From assembly GCA_964622605.1 (NCBI GenBank), contig CAZUQR010000001.1, positions 135,265 through 199,264 of the forward strand: a stretch of DNA of 64,000 nucleotides, in the 5' to 3' direction. Of the stretch, positions 49,055 through 58,023 are shown piece by piece. The translations under genes and the position numbers were made by a program. Position 1 is the first letter of the stretch, and each line of letters opens with the position of its first letter. The notes beneath the pieces are model-generated. The model saw only the letters and a list, made by a program, of their open reading frames with translations. It was not told the origin of the DNA and did not search any database. This stretch comes from an uncultured Planctomycetia bacterium. Lineage in GTDB: Bacteria > Omnitrophota > Gorgyraeia > Velamenicoccales > Velamenicoccaceae.

Positions 49055-49480
49055 ATGCGCTCTAGGAGAAAAGGTTTTACGCTCGTTGAAATCATGATCG
49101 TTGTGGCCATCATCGTTCTCTTGGCGGCCATCGCAATCCCGAACCTGTTGCGTGCCCGCCTGAACGCGAACGAGGCGACGGCGATCGCGACGATGAGGAC
49201 CTTCAGCACGGCCATGGAGAGTTACCGTGCGGCCCAGACGCCGCCGACGTATCCGAGTGCCCTGACGAACCTCAACGGCAGCAATCCGCCGTACATCGAC
49301 AACGTACTGGCAAGCGGGAACAAGTCGGGTTACTTCTTTACGTTGAGCGCCGGCGCCAACACGTACACCGTCGTTGCGACACCGCAGGCGGTTAACGTGA
49401 CGGGGAGCCGGAACTTCTTCGTGGATTCGTCTGGTGTTGTTCGCGTCGGCACCTCGACTGCAGGCACACCGATCGAGTAA
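49055..49480 (+). CDS. pilA: Type IV pilin (PilA-like major pilin)
   Basis: Class III signal MRSRRKG/FTLVEIMIVVAIIVLLAAIAIPNLL with Glu5. RBS AGGAAAGGAGG. There are no cysteines, and the C-terminus is Ser/Thr-rich (VGTSTAGTPIE). Confidence 0.9.
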   Translation: MRSRRKGFTLVEIMIVVAIIVLLAAIAIPNLLRARLNANEATAIATMRTFSTAMESYRAAQTPPTYPSALTNLNGSNPPYIDNVLASGNKSGYFFTLSAGANTYTVVATPQAVNVTGSRNFFVDSSGVVRVGTSTAGTPIE

Positions 49481-49502
49481 CGTCGTTTTTCTGTGGGGAT
49501 CC

Positions 49503-49537
49503 AAAAGAGCGGCCTCGAAAAAGGCCGCTCTTTTTTC
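49503..49537 (+). terminator. Intrinsic terminator after pilA
   Basis: AAAAGAGCGGCC (49503-49514) pairs with GGCCGCTCTTTT (49523-49534) and runs into TTTTTTCTC. Confidence 0.85.
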
Positions 49538-49553
49538 TCATCCCGGATAGCAT

Positions 49554-51278
49554 ATGCGGATATTTGAATATTTTTCGGCAAAGGAAAAAAAGGCCGTTGC
49601 CGCCGTCTTTGCCGTCTTTCTCCTGGCTGTCTTTTTGGCTTACGGCAGTGTCCTTGGGGGCGCCTTCATCTGGGATGACAAGACCCTCATTGAGGATAAT
49701 GCCCTGATAACCGGTCCGTTTTCCTGGGGTCGTGTCTTCGGCGCGGAGCTCTACGAGGGAGGGCGCGCCAACTATTATCGTCCGCTCCTGACCTTGTCCT
49801 TGGTCCTCAACGGCATCTTCAGTCGGCGCGATCCCTTCGGTTATCATCTGGGCAATCTCCTGCTTCACTTTTTCGTCGGTTGCCTGGCGTATCTTTTTTT
49901 GCGCCGGTTGACGGGCCGCTCCTTTTTGTCGTTTGCCGCCGTCTTGATCTTTCTGGTCCATCCCGTCCACGGCCAGGTCGTCTCTTATATCTCGGGCCGC
50001 GCAGATTCTCTGGTCGCTCTATTTATCTTCCTGTCTTTGCTGCTCTACGCGCGGCCGGGCGCTGCTGCGCGCGCGGGCAGTGTCTTGTGTTTCATCCTTT
50101 GCCTGCTGGCTAAAGAATCGGCGATCATCTTTCCCGTCGTGCTGGCGGGGTGGGAGGCGTGTGTCGCGCCGGCACCGAAAGGTCGTCTCCGGAGGCTGAT
50201 GCCTTTTTTTGCCGCCGGCGCAGGTTACGCGGTCCTCCGGATGACGGCGTGGAATTTTGCCGTCGGCCACCCGATCCTGTCCAAGGCGGGATTTGCCGTT
50301 TTTGAGATAGGGCCGTTGGCGCGTCTCTTTCTTTTCGGCAAGAGCCTTTTGATCTATCTGGGTTCTTTTTTCATGCCGGTCGGCCTGCACATGGAGCGCC
50401 TGCTCCTGCACGAGACTGTCGGTCCGGCGTCCTGGCTCGGTGTCGGCCTGGCAACGGCGGTGATCGTCCTGTCCTCTTTCGTTCTCCGGAAAGGGGTTTC
50501 GTCCCGTCGGTGGGCCCTGTTTTTTGTCTTTTGGTTCTTCGTCTGGCTCCTGCCCCAGTCGGCGTTCGTCTTCCCCAAGATCATGGCTGAGCACTTTCTT
50601 TATCTGCCGGCTCTCGCGCTGTGTTTTTTCCTGGCTTCTTTGTTAGACCGCCTGAGGCATAAGGGCGTGCAGGGGGTTCTCCTTGCTTCAACGTGTCTTG
50701 CCTTGGGTCTGTTGAGCTGGGAAAACAACAGGAACTGGATGAGCGAAGGAGCGTTCTTTGAGCACACGGTCCGTTATGCGCCCCGCAGCATCCGTGCACG
50801 GGACAGCCTGGCAGCCCTCTATTTGGAAAGCGGCCGCTTTGACGAGGCACACAGACACTACCGGGCCATCCTGGTCCTCGACCAGGAGGCGCCGGCCAGG
50901 TCGATGCTCCGGGCCGCGGTGTATTATAACCTGGGCCTCATCTACGAAAGGACGGGAAAGATCCCGGAGGCGCTCGGCGCCTACGGGGATGCCCTTATCC
51001 TGAAGCCCGACATGGTCGAGGCGTGCAATAATGCGGGTCTCCTGCTGCAACGGATGGGCCGCTTCGGGGAAGCGGAGGCGCTGTTCAAAAGGGCGATGGC
51101 CGCACAGGACGATTATTGCCCTGCCTACAACAACCTCGCGCAACTTTATGCGGGCCTTGAGAGGATGGAGGAGGCACAGGAGCTGTGGCGGACGGCCCTG
51201 TCTGTCTGCCCTGACTACGAAATTGCCAGGAGGAACCTGGAAATCGCCGAGAAGCTTAAAGACCCTGCGAGAAAATGA
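49554..51278 (+). CDS. Polytopic GT-C-like membrane protein with C-terminal TPR repeats (PMT/TMTC-like glycosyltransferase candidate)
   Basis: About 400 aa with many TM helices, an early-loop FIWDD acidic motif and YYRPL, then about 170 aa of TPR repeats (YYNLGLIYERTGKIPEALGAY.., NNAGLLLQRMGRFGEAEALF.., YNNLAQLYAGLERMEEAQELW). Confidence 0.6.
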   Translation: MRIFEYFSAKEKKAVAAVFAVFLLAVFLAYGSVLGGAFIWDDKTLIEDNALITGPFSWGRVFGAELYEGGRANYYRPLLTLSLVLNGIFSRRDPFGYHLGNLLLHFFVGCLAYLFLRRLTGRSFLSFAAVLIFLVHPVHGQVVSYISGRADSLVALFIFLSLLLYARPGAAARAGSVLCFILCLLAKESAIIFPVVLAGWEACVAPAPKGRLRRLMPFFAAGAGYAVLRMTAWNFAVGHPILSKAGFAVFEIGPLARLFLFGKSLLIYLGSFFMPVGLHMERLLLHETVGPASWLGVGLATAVIVLSSFVLRKGVSSRRWALFFVFWFFVWLLPQSAFVFPKIMAEHFLYLPALALCFFLASLLDRLRHKGVQGVLLASTCLALGLLSWENNRNWMSEGAFFEHTVRYAPRSIRARDSLAALYLESGRFDEAHRHYRAILVLDQEAPARSMLRAAVYYNLGLIYERTGKIPEALGAYGDALILKPDMVEACNNAGLLLQRMGRFGEAEALFKRAMAAQDDYCPAYNNLAQLYAGLERMEEAQELWRTALSVCPDYEIARRNLEIAEKLKDPARK

Positions 51279-51308
51279 TTGACTTTCTGCCCCGTTATAT
51301 AAGATAAT
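51279..51308 (+). promoter_or_regulatory. Possible sigma70 promoter of pilMNOPQ
   Basis: TTGACT (51279-51284), 18 bp spacer, GATAAT (51303-51308) in the AT-rich spacer upstream of pilM. Confidence 0.45.
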
Positions 51309-51376
51309 ACTTTTAAATAAGTTAGGAATGAAAAGGGTGAGCGGGTAGTGTCATCCTCAAGCCGGCGGAAAGCGGA

Positions 51377-52462
51377 ATGATGCACAAGAAGATCGACACG
51401 CAGGTCGTGAAGGGTCTGGTGAAGGACTCGACCGTCGCCGTGAAGGATATCTTCACGCGCTCCATGACCCAGGCCACGGGGCCCAAGGGGTCCGTGGGCG
51501 TCGACATCGGCAGCTACGCGGTCAAGGCGGTGCGGCTGGAATCCTCCAAAGAGGGCTACAAGCTCCTGGGCTTCGGGATCGAGAAGGTGTCAGGCAACAA
51601 TTATCTCGATGCCTTGAGCAAGTCTCTGGCCAAGGTCGGGGCGGCGCCGGACCAGTCGGCCGCCATCGCGGTGAGCGGTCAAGGCGTCGTCTCGCGCTAT
51701 ATCGAACTGCCCCTGATGAATACGAACGACCTTGAGTCCTCGATGCGCTTCGAGATCGAGAAGTACGTGCCTTTCGCCTTGGCGGAGGTCGCGACCGATT
51801 ACACGATCGTTCAGGAGCTCAAGGATAAGGCCAAGATGTCGATCTTGATCGTGGCCGCGAAGAATGACCTGGTGCAGAAGAAGACGGACCTGGCCCGGCA
51901 GGTGAACCTGAACCTCCGGGCCATTGATCTGGATTGTTTGGCCCTGGCCAACTTTTATACCGAGTTCTGCAGCCCCAAGAAGACGGGTTGCATCGGTCTC
52001 GTCAATCTCGGCAAGACCACCGCCAATATGAACGTCCTCGTCGACGGCTTCCCGTATCTGAGCCGCGACATCTTCGTCGGGGGGGACGATATCACGAAGA
52101 AGATGTGCGAGGCCCTGGAGGTGGACTACGCCGAGGCCGAGAATCTCAAGCACGATCCCGGCACGCGCCAGAAGGAACTCTACGCGGTGTGGGACCCGGT
52201 CCTCAACAACCTGGCGGCGGAGATCCGTGTCTCACTCGATTACTTTGAGGCCCGGATGAACAGGACCGTCGAGCAGGTGGTGATCACGGGCGGGACCAGC
52301 CGCCTGGCGGGCCTCAGGGATTATCTCTGCCAGCTCCTGGGCGTGGAGGTCCGGGCGACGGATTTCCTCGACAGGCTGCCGTGCGCCGAGGCCGTGGACC
52401 GACGCGCCCTGAAGGCGGAGGCGGACCTCCTGGCGGTCGCCATGGGGCTGGCCCTGCGATAA
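51377..52462 (+). CDS. pilM: Type IV pilus assembly protein PilM
   Basis: Actin-like ATPase fold (VGVDIGSYAVKAV, VNLGKTTANM, VITGGTSRLAGL) at the head of pilMNOPQ. Confidence 0.88.
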   Translation: MMHKKIDTQVVKGLVKDSTVAVKDIFTRSMTQATGPKGSVGVDIGSYAVKAVRLESSKEGYKLLGFGIEKVSGNNYLDALSKSLAKVGAAPDQSAAIAVSGQGVVSRYIELPLMNTNDLESSMRFEIEKYVPFALAEVATDYTIVQELKDKAKMSILIVAAKNDLVQKKTDLARQVNLNLRAIDLDCLALANFYTEFCSPKKTGCIGLVNLGKTTANMNVLVDGFPYLSRDIFVGGDDITKKMCEALEVDYAEAENLKHDPGTRQKELYAVWDPVLNNLAAEIRVSLDYFEARMNRTVEQVVITGGTSRLAGLRDYLCQLLGVEVRATDFLDRLPCAEAVDRRALKAEADLLAVAMGLALR

Positions 52463-52464
52463 CG

Positions 52465-53028
52465 ATGATCCTTATCAATCTCCTACCCAAAAGTCTGCGC
52501 CGCACCGAGCGAAAGATCGTCCTCCCCTACAAGGCGTACGTGCTGATGGGGGCGGTCGTCTTTCTGGTGCTGCACATCGCCCTCTTGCTTGCGGCCGGCC
52601 TCAAGCAGATCCACGTGGTGAGCCTGCGGCACAACTGGGAACACCTGGCGCCGCAGTCCAAGGAGTTCCTGGCCCGGCGCAATGAGATCCAGGCCGCGGC
52701 CTCGGAGATCGTCACCCTGAAGACGTTTTTGGACCGGCCGTTCAGTCTGACGGAGATGCTCTCGGTTTTGGCGGGCGCCATGCCGTCGGGGCTGTGGCTG
52801 GACCGCCTGGCGCTGTCATCCGAGAACATCGTGATCCAGGGGAGCGTCGTCTCGCTGAGCCAGAACGAGATGACGATCATCGGCAGGTTCCTTCAGGAGA
52901 TCAGGGGCCACAAGACGTTTTCCGCGGCATTCGAGAAGATCGAACTCAATTCCGTCCAGCGGCGCACCGTTAAGAGTTATGACGTGGTGGACTTCGTGCT
53001 GGTGGCCAACAGGAAGAAGGCCTCATGA
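52465..53028 (+). CDS. pilN: Type IV pilus assembly protein PilN
   Basis: Start at ATG 52465. The INLLP motif (MILINLLPKS), a single TM helix and a periplasmic coiled-coil. Confidence 0.85.
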   Translation: MILINLLPKSLRRTERKIVLPYKAYVLMGAVVFLVLHIALLLAAGLKQIHVVSLRHNWEHLAPQSKEFLARRNEIQAAASEIVTLKTFLDRPFSLTEMLSVLAGAMPSGLWLDRLALSSENIVIQGSVVSLSQNEMTIIGRFLQEIRGHKTFSAAFEKIELNSVQRRTVKSYDVVDFVLVANRKKAS

Positions 53029-53609
53029 CCTCCATGGACATGAAGACCCTCAAGACGCAGGCGCTGGCGTTGCTGGAGAGGCCGCAGGCCTTTTTGATGA
53101 TTGTCGGAGTGGTGCTGCTCCTGGACGCGGCGTTTATCGTGCGTTGGCAGGTCGTCTCGCTGGGGAGGATGTTCAAGGAGGCGCATAAGCTCAAGGGCGA
53201 CATCGTGGCGACTTACGGTGAGAGCAAGGAGACCGAGGGCCAGAAGAAGCAGCTCAAGGATTACCTCACCCAGCGGGAGCAGTTGAATAACATGATCATC
53301 GGACCGCAGGATCTGCCCAAGGTCCTGGAGTCCATCTCAAAATTCGCCGATATCGCGTCCGTGCGCCTCCTGCGCATCCAGCCGGTGGACCCCGGCAGGC
53401 CCGGCGCAGGGGGATCGGATAAGTTCGCGCGCCAGGGGATCTCGATCACGGCGAAGAGCGGCTACCATCAATTGGGCCGTTTCGTCGGTCTTCTTGAGAG
53501 CGCCCCGGTTTTTGTAGACTTTAAAAACCTTGAGGTGAAAGGCGATCAGGCCGAACCGGAACGTCAACACTTGACGATTTTGCTTGAAGTTTTTAGGCAC
53601 ACAGATTAG
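53025..53609 (+). CDS. pilO: Type IV pilus assembly protein PilO
   Basis: ATGA overlap with pilN. Single TM helix, coiled-coil, ferredoxin-like C-terminal domain. Assigned by position. Confidence 0.75.
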   Translation: MTSMDMKTLKTQALALLERPQAFLMIVGVVLLLDAAFIVRWQVVSLGRMFKEAHKLKGDIVATYGESKETEGQKKQLKDYLTQREQLNNMIIGPQDLPKVLESISKFADIASVRLLRIQPVDPGRPGAGGSDKFARQGISITAKSGYHQLGRFVGLLESAPVFVDFKNLEVKGDQAEPERQHLTILLEVFRHTD

Positions 53610-53610
53610 A

Positions 53611-53991
53611 ATGAAGACAAATCGAACGATGTGTCGGGTGCTCGTTTTGGTGTTGGCGGGTCTGGCCGGTTTCCTGTGGGCCAGCGGCGCCGGGGCCCAG
53701 GACGAGAAAGACAAATACCTTTATAAGGCGCAGGGCAAGCGGGATCCCTTCCGGCCGCTGATCACGCCCGCCGGCTATCTCATCAATCTGGAAGCGGAGA
53801 GCGATGCGGCGCTCCGCCTGGAAGGGATCATGTTCGACCCCCGGGGGGATTCGATCGCGATCATCAACGGCGAACTGTTGCGTGTCGGAGAGTCTCTCGG
53901 TGAGTCCGTCGTGGTAGCCATCGAAGCCGAGAAGGTTACGGTGATGCGCGATAATGAGACATTAGAGTTGGTGTTGGGAAGGGAGGATTAA
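53611..53991 (+). CDS. pilP: PilP-like pilus assembly protein
   Basis: Start at ATG 53611. Signal peptide, RDPFRPL motif and a short beta-rich C-terminal domain. Located between pilO and pilQ. Confidence 0.65.
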   Translation: MKTNRTMCRVLVLVLAGLAGFLWASGAGAQDEKDKYLYKAQGKRDPFRPLITPAGYLINLEAESDAALRLEGIMFDPRGDSIAIINGELLRVGESLGESVVVAIEAEKVTVMRDNETLELVLGRED

Positions 53992-55592
53992 TGAAGAGGG
54001 GGCTGGCGCACAGGATTTTTTGGGTTTTTGTCTTAGTGTCCGTGGCGTCTGTGATGGCGCGGCCGTCTGTTTGGGCCCAAGGGTCTGCGGTCGAAGGGAT
54101 GGCGGCCGAAGGGACGCCGGTGCCCGAGGTCCCGGGGCAGACACATGAGATCCCTGCCGAGGCGCCGGAGGAAGAGGCTGCTGTGGGCCCGTCTTCCGAG
54201 GAAGAGACCATCACCCTGGATTTCAAAGAGGCGGATATCCGCGACGTGCTCAAGGTCATCGCTTACAAGAGCGGGGTAAATATTGTAGCGAGTCCGGAGG
54301 TCGCGGGGACCGTCAACGTCCGTATCACGGAGGTGCCGTGGGAACGGGCCCTGGATGTCATCCTGAGGTCGTACGGGTACGCGTATGACAGGCAGGAGAA
54401 CATCATCATGGTGGCGCCCTTGGAGAAGCTGACGGAGCAGCGCAAGATGGAGCAGGACATGGCCCAGGTGCAGCCGACAGAGACGCACATCGTCAACCTG
54501 CGCTATATCGACGCCGGAGACGCCAAGAAGGCGATCGAGCCCCAGCTGTCGCCGCGCGGCCGCGTGACGATCCTCGAGATCACGGGGCAGGCTGGCTGGG
54601 GGTTCGGCGGGGCGTTCTCCGAGAAGCGCACCCGCACCGGCCAGACGACGGGCCGTTCGCGCACCCTGATCGTCTCGGATATCCCGCCGGTCCTGGATAA
54701 GATCCGGGAGGTCCTGGCGGACATCGACGTCAAGCCCAAGCAGGTCCTGATCGAGACGCGCATCGTCGAGATCAGCCACGACAGGTTGAAGGATATCGGC
54801 TTTGACTACGCCACGGGCGGTGCCGGATCGGCCTCCAGCACCGCGGTGACGACCGACTCGATAACGAAGGAGCTCCTGGCGGGGGCCCATATCTTCGGCG
54901 GCTCCGGGGTGACGCCGTCGGCCTATGCGCCCAAGGCGACGGCCATCTCGCTGGCCAACACGGGCCTGAACATCGTCTTCCAGAAGATCAGCGGCACGCG
55001 TTTTGAGATCATCATGCACGCGTTGGAAGAGAACGTGGCGACGAACGTCCTGTCGGCGCCCCGCATCCTGACATTGGACAATCAGGAGGCGACGATCCTG
55101 GTAGGCGAGCAGTTCCCCATCGTGTCGACGACCAAGAGCAGCGACACATCGACGACGGTCGACGTGTCCCTTGATTCGTACATCGACATCGGCATCCAGC
55201 TCAACGTGGTGCCGCAGGTGAGCGGGGTGAACCGCGATTACATCAACATGATCATCCATCCCGCGGTGACCTCCGAGGGGACCCTGATCGAGAACAGGTA
55301 CCCGCGCATCACCACGCGTGAGACGCAGACGCAGGTCCTCATGCGGTCGGGCGAGACGATCATGATCGGCGGCCTGATCAAGGACGTGAAGAACGAGAGC
55401 ACTCAGGGCGTCCCGTTCCTGCGCAAAATACCCTTCCTCGGGAAGATGTTTTTTGAGCGCACGACCGTCGATACGGAAAAGATCGAGCTCGTCATCTTCA
55501 TCTCGGCGCACGTCGTCGACGATAAAGGGTTGACCTCGGATCAACTTGAGATTCTTGAGCAGAATCTTGGGCTGCGCAGCGTTTCCAGGTAG
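53991..55592 (+). CDS. pilQ: Type IV pilus secretin PilQ
   Basis: Signal peptide, secretin N-domains (ITLDFKEADIRDVLKVIA) and a C-terminal secretin domain with GVPFLRKIPFLGKMF. Confidence 0.9.
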   Translation: MKRGLAHRIFWVFVLVSVASVMARPSVWAQGSAVEGMAAEGTPVPEVPGQTHEIPAEAPEEEAAVGPSSEEETITLDFKEADIRDVLKVIAYKSGVNIVASPEVAGTVNVRITEVPWERALDVILRSYGYAYDRQENIIMVAPLEKLTEQRKMEQDMAQVQPTETHIVNLRYIDAGDAKKAIEPQLSPRGRVTILEITGQAGWGFGGAFSEKRTRTGQTTGRSRTLIVSDIPPVLDKIREVLADIDVKPKQVLIETRIVEISHDRLKDIGFDYATGGAGSASSTAVTTDSITKELLAGAHIFGGSGVTPSAYAPKATAISLANTGLNIVFQKISGTRFEIIMHALEENVATNVLSAPRILTLDNQEATILVGEQFPIVSTTKSSDTSTTVDVSLDSYIDIGIQLNVVPQVSGVNRDYINMIIHPAVTSEGTLIENRYPRITTRETQTQVLMRSGETIMIGGLIKDVKNESTQGVPFLRKIPFLGKMFFERTTVDTEKIELVIFISAHVVDDKGLTSDQLEILEQNLGLRSVSR

Positions 55593-55633
55593 GCCGGACG
55601 CGCCGAAAACGAAAGAAAAGGCAGGATTGATGA

Positions 55634-55667
55634 CACCCCGCACATCAATGGTGCGGGGTTGTCTTTT
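55634..55667 (+). terminator. Intrinsic terminator after pilQ
   Basis: ACCCCGCAC (55635-55643) pairs with GTGCGGGGT (55651-55659), followed by TGTCTTTT. Confidence 0.75.
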
Positions 55668-55675
55668 GGGGCCCT

Positions 55676-55987
55676 ATGAATTTCCGCTACGCCTTTGAGT
55701 TGACGAAGACCAAAGAGATGGCGTTTTTGTCCCATCTGGACGTGATGCGCCTGTTGGCGCGGGCCGCCCGCCGGGCCGGTATCCCCTTGGCCCTGACGCA
55801 GGGTTTCAGCCCGCGTCCGCGCCTGCGCCTGAAGCGGGCCGTGAAGCTCGGGGTGCCTTTCGAGGCCGAACCGGGCGAAATGCTTCTCAAGGATTTGGTG
55901 GCGCCGCAGGAACTGGCCGAGCGGTTCCGAACGGTGCTGCCCGAAGGGATCTCGGTCGAGAATATAGAGCTCATGGAGCAAGCATGA
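55676..55987 (+). CDS. DUF2344 / TIGR03936-like radical-SAM-linked protein (short form)
   Basis: FRYAFELTKTKEMAFLSHLDVMRLLARAARRAGIPLALTQGFSPRPRL matches the family N-terminal signature. At 103 aa it is shorter than I expect for this family. Confidence 0.7.
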   Translation: MNFRYAFELTKTKEMAFLSHLDVMRLLARAARRAGIPLALTQGFSPRPRLRLKRAVKLGVPFEAEPGEMLLKDLVAPQELAERFRTVLPEGISVENIELMEQA

Positions 55988-56000
55988 ATGGAGGTATTTT

Positions 56001-57488
56001 GTGAGGAAGAAGAAAGAGATATTGATCAACTATGAACAGCAGGAGCGCCGCGTGGCGATCCTGGAAGAGGGACGTCTGTCGAACTACTTCGTCGAGCGTC
56101 TCACGGACCGGACGGTCTTGGGCAACATCTACAGGGGCAAGGTGGAGAACGTCGTGCCCTCCGTCGGGGCCGCGTTCGTGAACATCGGCGCCGAGAAGAA
56201 CGGATTCTTGTATCTGAACGATTCCATCCACCAGGTCCTGGAAGAGGATATCGACGAAGACGGCGGCGCCTCGGCCTCGGGAAAGCGCGGGGCGCCCATG
56301 GCCCTCAAGGCGGGTCAAGAGCTGATCGTCCAGGTGACCAAGGAGCCCTTCGGCACGAAGGGCGCGCGCCTGACGACCCACATAAGCCTGCCCGGCAGGT
56401 ATTGTGTCCTGATGCCGTACGAGCGCCACTTCGGCATCTCCAAGCGCATCGACGACGACAAGGAGCGGCGCCGCCTGCGGGAGATCCTTAAAGAACTCAA
56501 GGTCCCCAACCAAACGGGGATGATCGTGCGTACGGTCGCAGAAGGCGCGACGTTGAAAGAGCTCCAGCGGGACCTGGCGCTCCTCTTGCACCTCTGGGAG
56601 AGCATCGAGAAGGCCGCCAAGCGCCGCGAGGCGCCGTTTCTGATCTACGAAGACTATGACCTGGTCCTGCGGATGCTGCGGGACTACTACAACGACGAGA
56701 TCGGCAACATCTGGATCGACTCCAAGGAGGAGTTCAAGCGTGTCCTGCGTTTCATCAAGTCCTACATGAGCCGCCTGTCGCAGACCGTCCGGCTCTACCG
56801 CGAGAAGGAGCCGTTGTTCGAAAAGAAGGGCATCGAGGAAGAGATCGAGCGCCTGTATTCGAACAAGGTCTTCCTGAAGAGCGGCGCCTACATCGTCATC
56901 GAGCCGACCGAAGGGTTGACGGTCATCGACGTGAACTCCGGCAAGTTCCGGCGCCGGAACATCTCACAGGAACAGATGGCCTTCTCCGTCAATAGCGAGT
57001 CGGCGCGCGAGATCGCCCGGCAGCTGCGGCTGCGCGACGTCGGCGGCATCGTCGTGATCGACTACATCGACATGATGGAGGAGCGGCACCGCCGGGAGCT
57101 GATCCATGTTTTCCGGGGGGCGCTCTCTTCGGACCGCGCCAAGACCGACGTCGTGGGGATCTCGAAGCTGGGCCTCGTCCAGATGACGCGCGAGCGCACC
57201 CATCGGACGCTGGAGAGCATCGCCTATCAGGACTGTCCGCTCTGCCAGGGGAAGGGAAAGGTCAAGTCGCCGTTCTCCATCGCGCTCAACGCCATCCGCG
57301 ACCTCAAGAACTATCTGGCCCACCACCGGACCCGTCGCGTGGTGGTGGAGGTCCATCCCGATGTGGCCGCGAGCCTCAACGGTCAGCACTTCAAGGGATT
57401 GCGTAACGTCTCGCGTCGCTTTGGCGCGCGGGTGGACATCCATACGAACAAGGAGCTGCACCCCGAAAAGATCAACATCAGGTCTTAA
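56001..57488 (+). CDS. rng: Ribonuclease G / RNase E-G family endoribonuclease
   Basis: GTG start after a GGAGG RBS. S1 domain (GNIYRGKVENVVPSVGAAFVNIGAEKNGFLY), DNase I-like domain (VIDVNSGKF) and a Zn-link CPLCQGKG. Confidence 0.88.
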   Translation: MRKKKEILINYEQQERRVAILEEGRLSNYFVERLTDRTVLGNIYRGKVENVVPSVGAAFVNIGAEKNGFLYLNDSIHQVLEEDIDEDGGASASGKRGAPMALKAGQELIVQVTKEPFGTKGARLTTHISLPGRYCVLMPYERHFGISKRIDDDKERRRLREILKELKVPNQTGMIVRTVAEGATLKELQRDLALLLHLWESIEKAAKRREAPFLIYEDYDLVLRMLRDYYNDEIGNIWIDSKEEFKRVLRFIKSYMSRLSQTVRLYREKEPLFEKKGIEEEIERLYSNKVFLKSGAYIVIEPTEGLTVIDVNSGKFRRRNISQEQMAFSVNSESAREIARQLRLRDVGGIVVIDYIDMMEERHRRELIHVFRGALSSDRAKTDVVGISKLGLVQMTRERTHRTLESIAYQDCPLCQGKGKVKSPFSIALNAIRDLKNYLAHHRTRRVVVEVHPDVAASLNGQHFKGLRNVSRRFGARVDIHTNKELHPEKINIRS

Positions 57489-57521
57489 GGCAAGCCCTTG
57501 GGCAGCCCAAAGGGGCCGGCA

Positions 57522-57550
57522 TTGACTCGGGGGCCGGGGTGTGTTATATT
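57522..57550 (+). promoter_or_regulatory. Sigma70-type promoter upstream of rplU
   Basis: TTGACT (57522-57527), 17 bp spacer, TATATT (57545-57550). Confidence 0.65.
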
Positions 57551-57613
57551 TATGGGCTGTTTGCGGCGCCGGACATATTTAAGGTAAAGACGGACCTAAA
57601 AAGGAGCTCCCCT

Positions 57614-57919
57614 ATGTACGCCATCATTCAGACCGGCGGGAAACAAGAGAAGGTGAAGGTCGGCGACGCCATCACCGTCGAACGCATCGACAAGAAGAAG
57701 GACGTGACGTTCAACCACGTCCTTCTGGTGGCGGACAAGGATAAGGTGAGCGTGGGCGATCCCTTTGTCAAGGGGGCCAAGGTGGGGGCGACGATCCTCG
57801 AGCAGACGCGCGGGCCCAAGGTCATCGCCTTTAAGGCCCGCCGCCGCAAGAGTTCCCGGCGCACGCACGGCCACCGCCAGGCGCTGACGCGGGTCAAGAT
57901 CACCGAAATCGAGTATTGA
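57614..57919 (+). CDS. rplU: 50S ribosomal protein L21
   Basis: Start at ATG 57614 after an AAAAGGAG RBS. MYAIIQTGGKQEKVKVGD is the classic L21 N-terminus. Confidence 0.95.
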   Translation: MYAIIQTGGKQEKVKVGDAITVERIDKKKDVTFNHVLLVADKDKVSVGDPFVKGAKVGATILEQTRGPKVIAFKARRRKSSRRTHGHRQALTRVKITEIEY

Positions 57920-58023
57920 GGACCCCGGTGCCCGTGAGACAAAAGTGCCGGGAGCCTTTTTGTCGGAAAAAGTGAGCCAATTGCCCAGGGACATTTCGTC
58001 TTGAGCTGCGACGCAGGTTTTTT

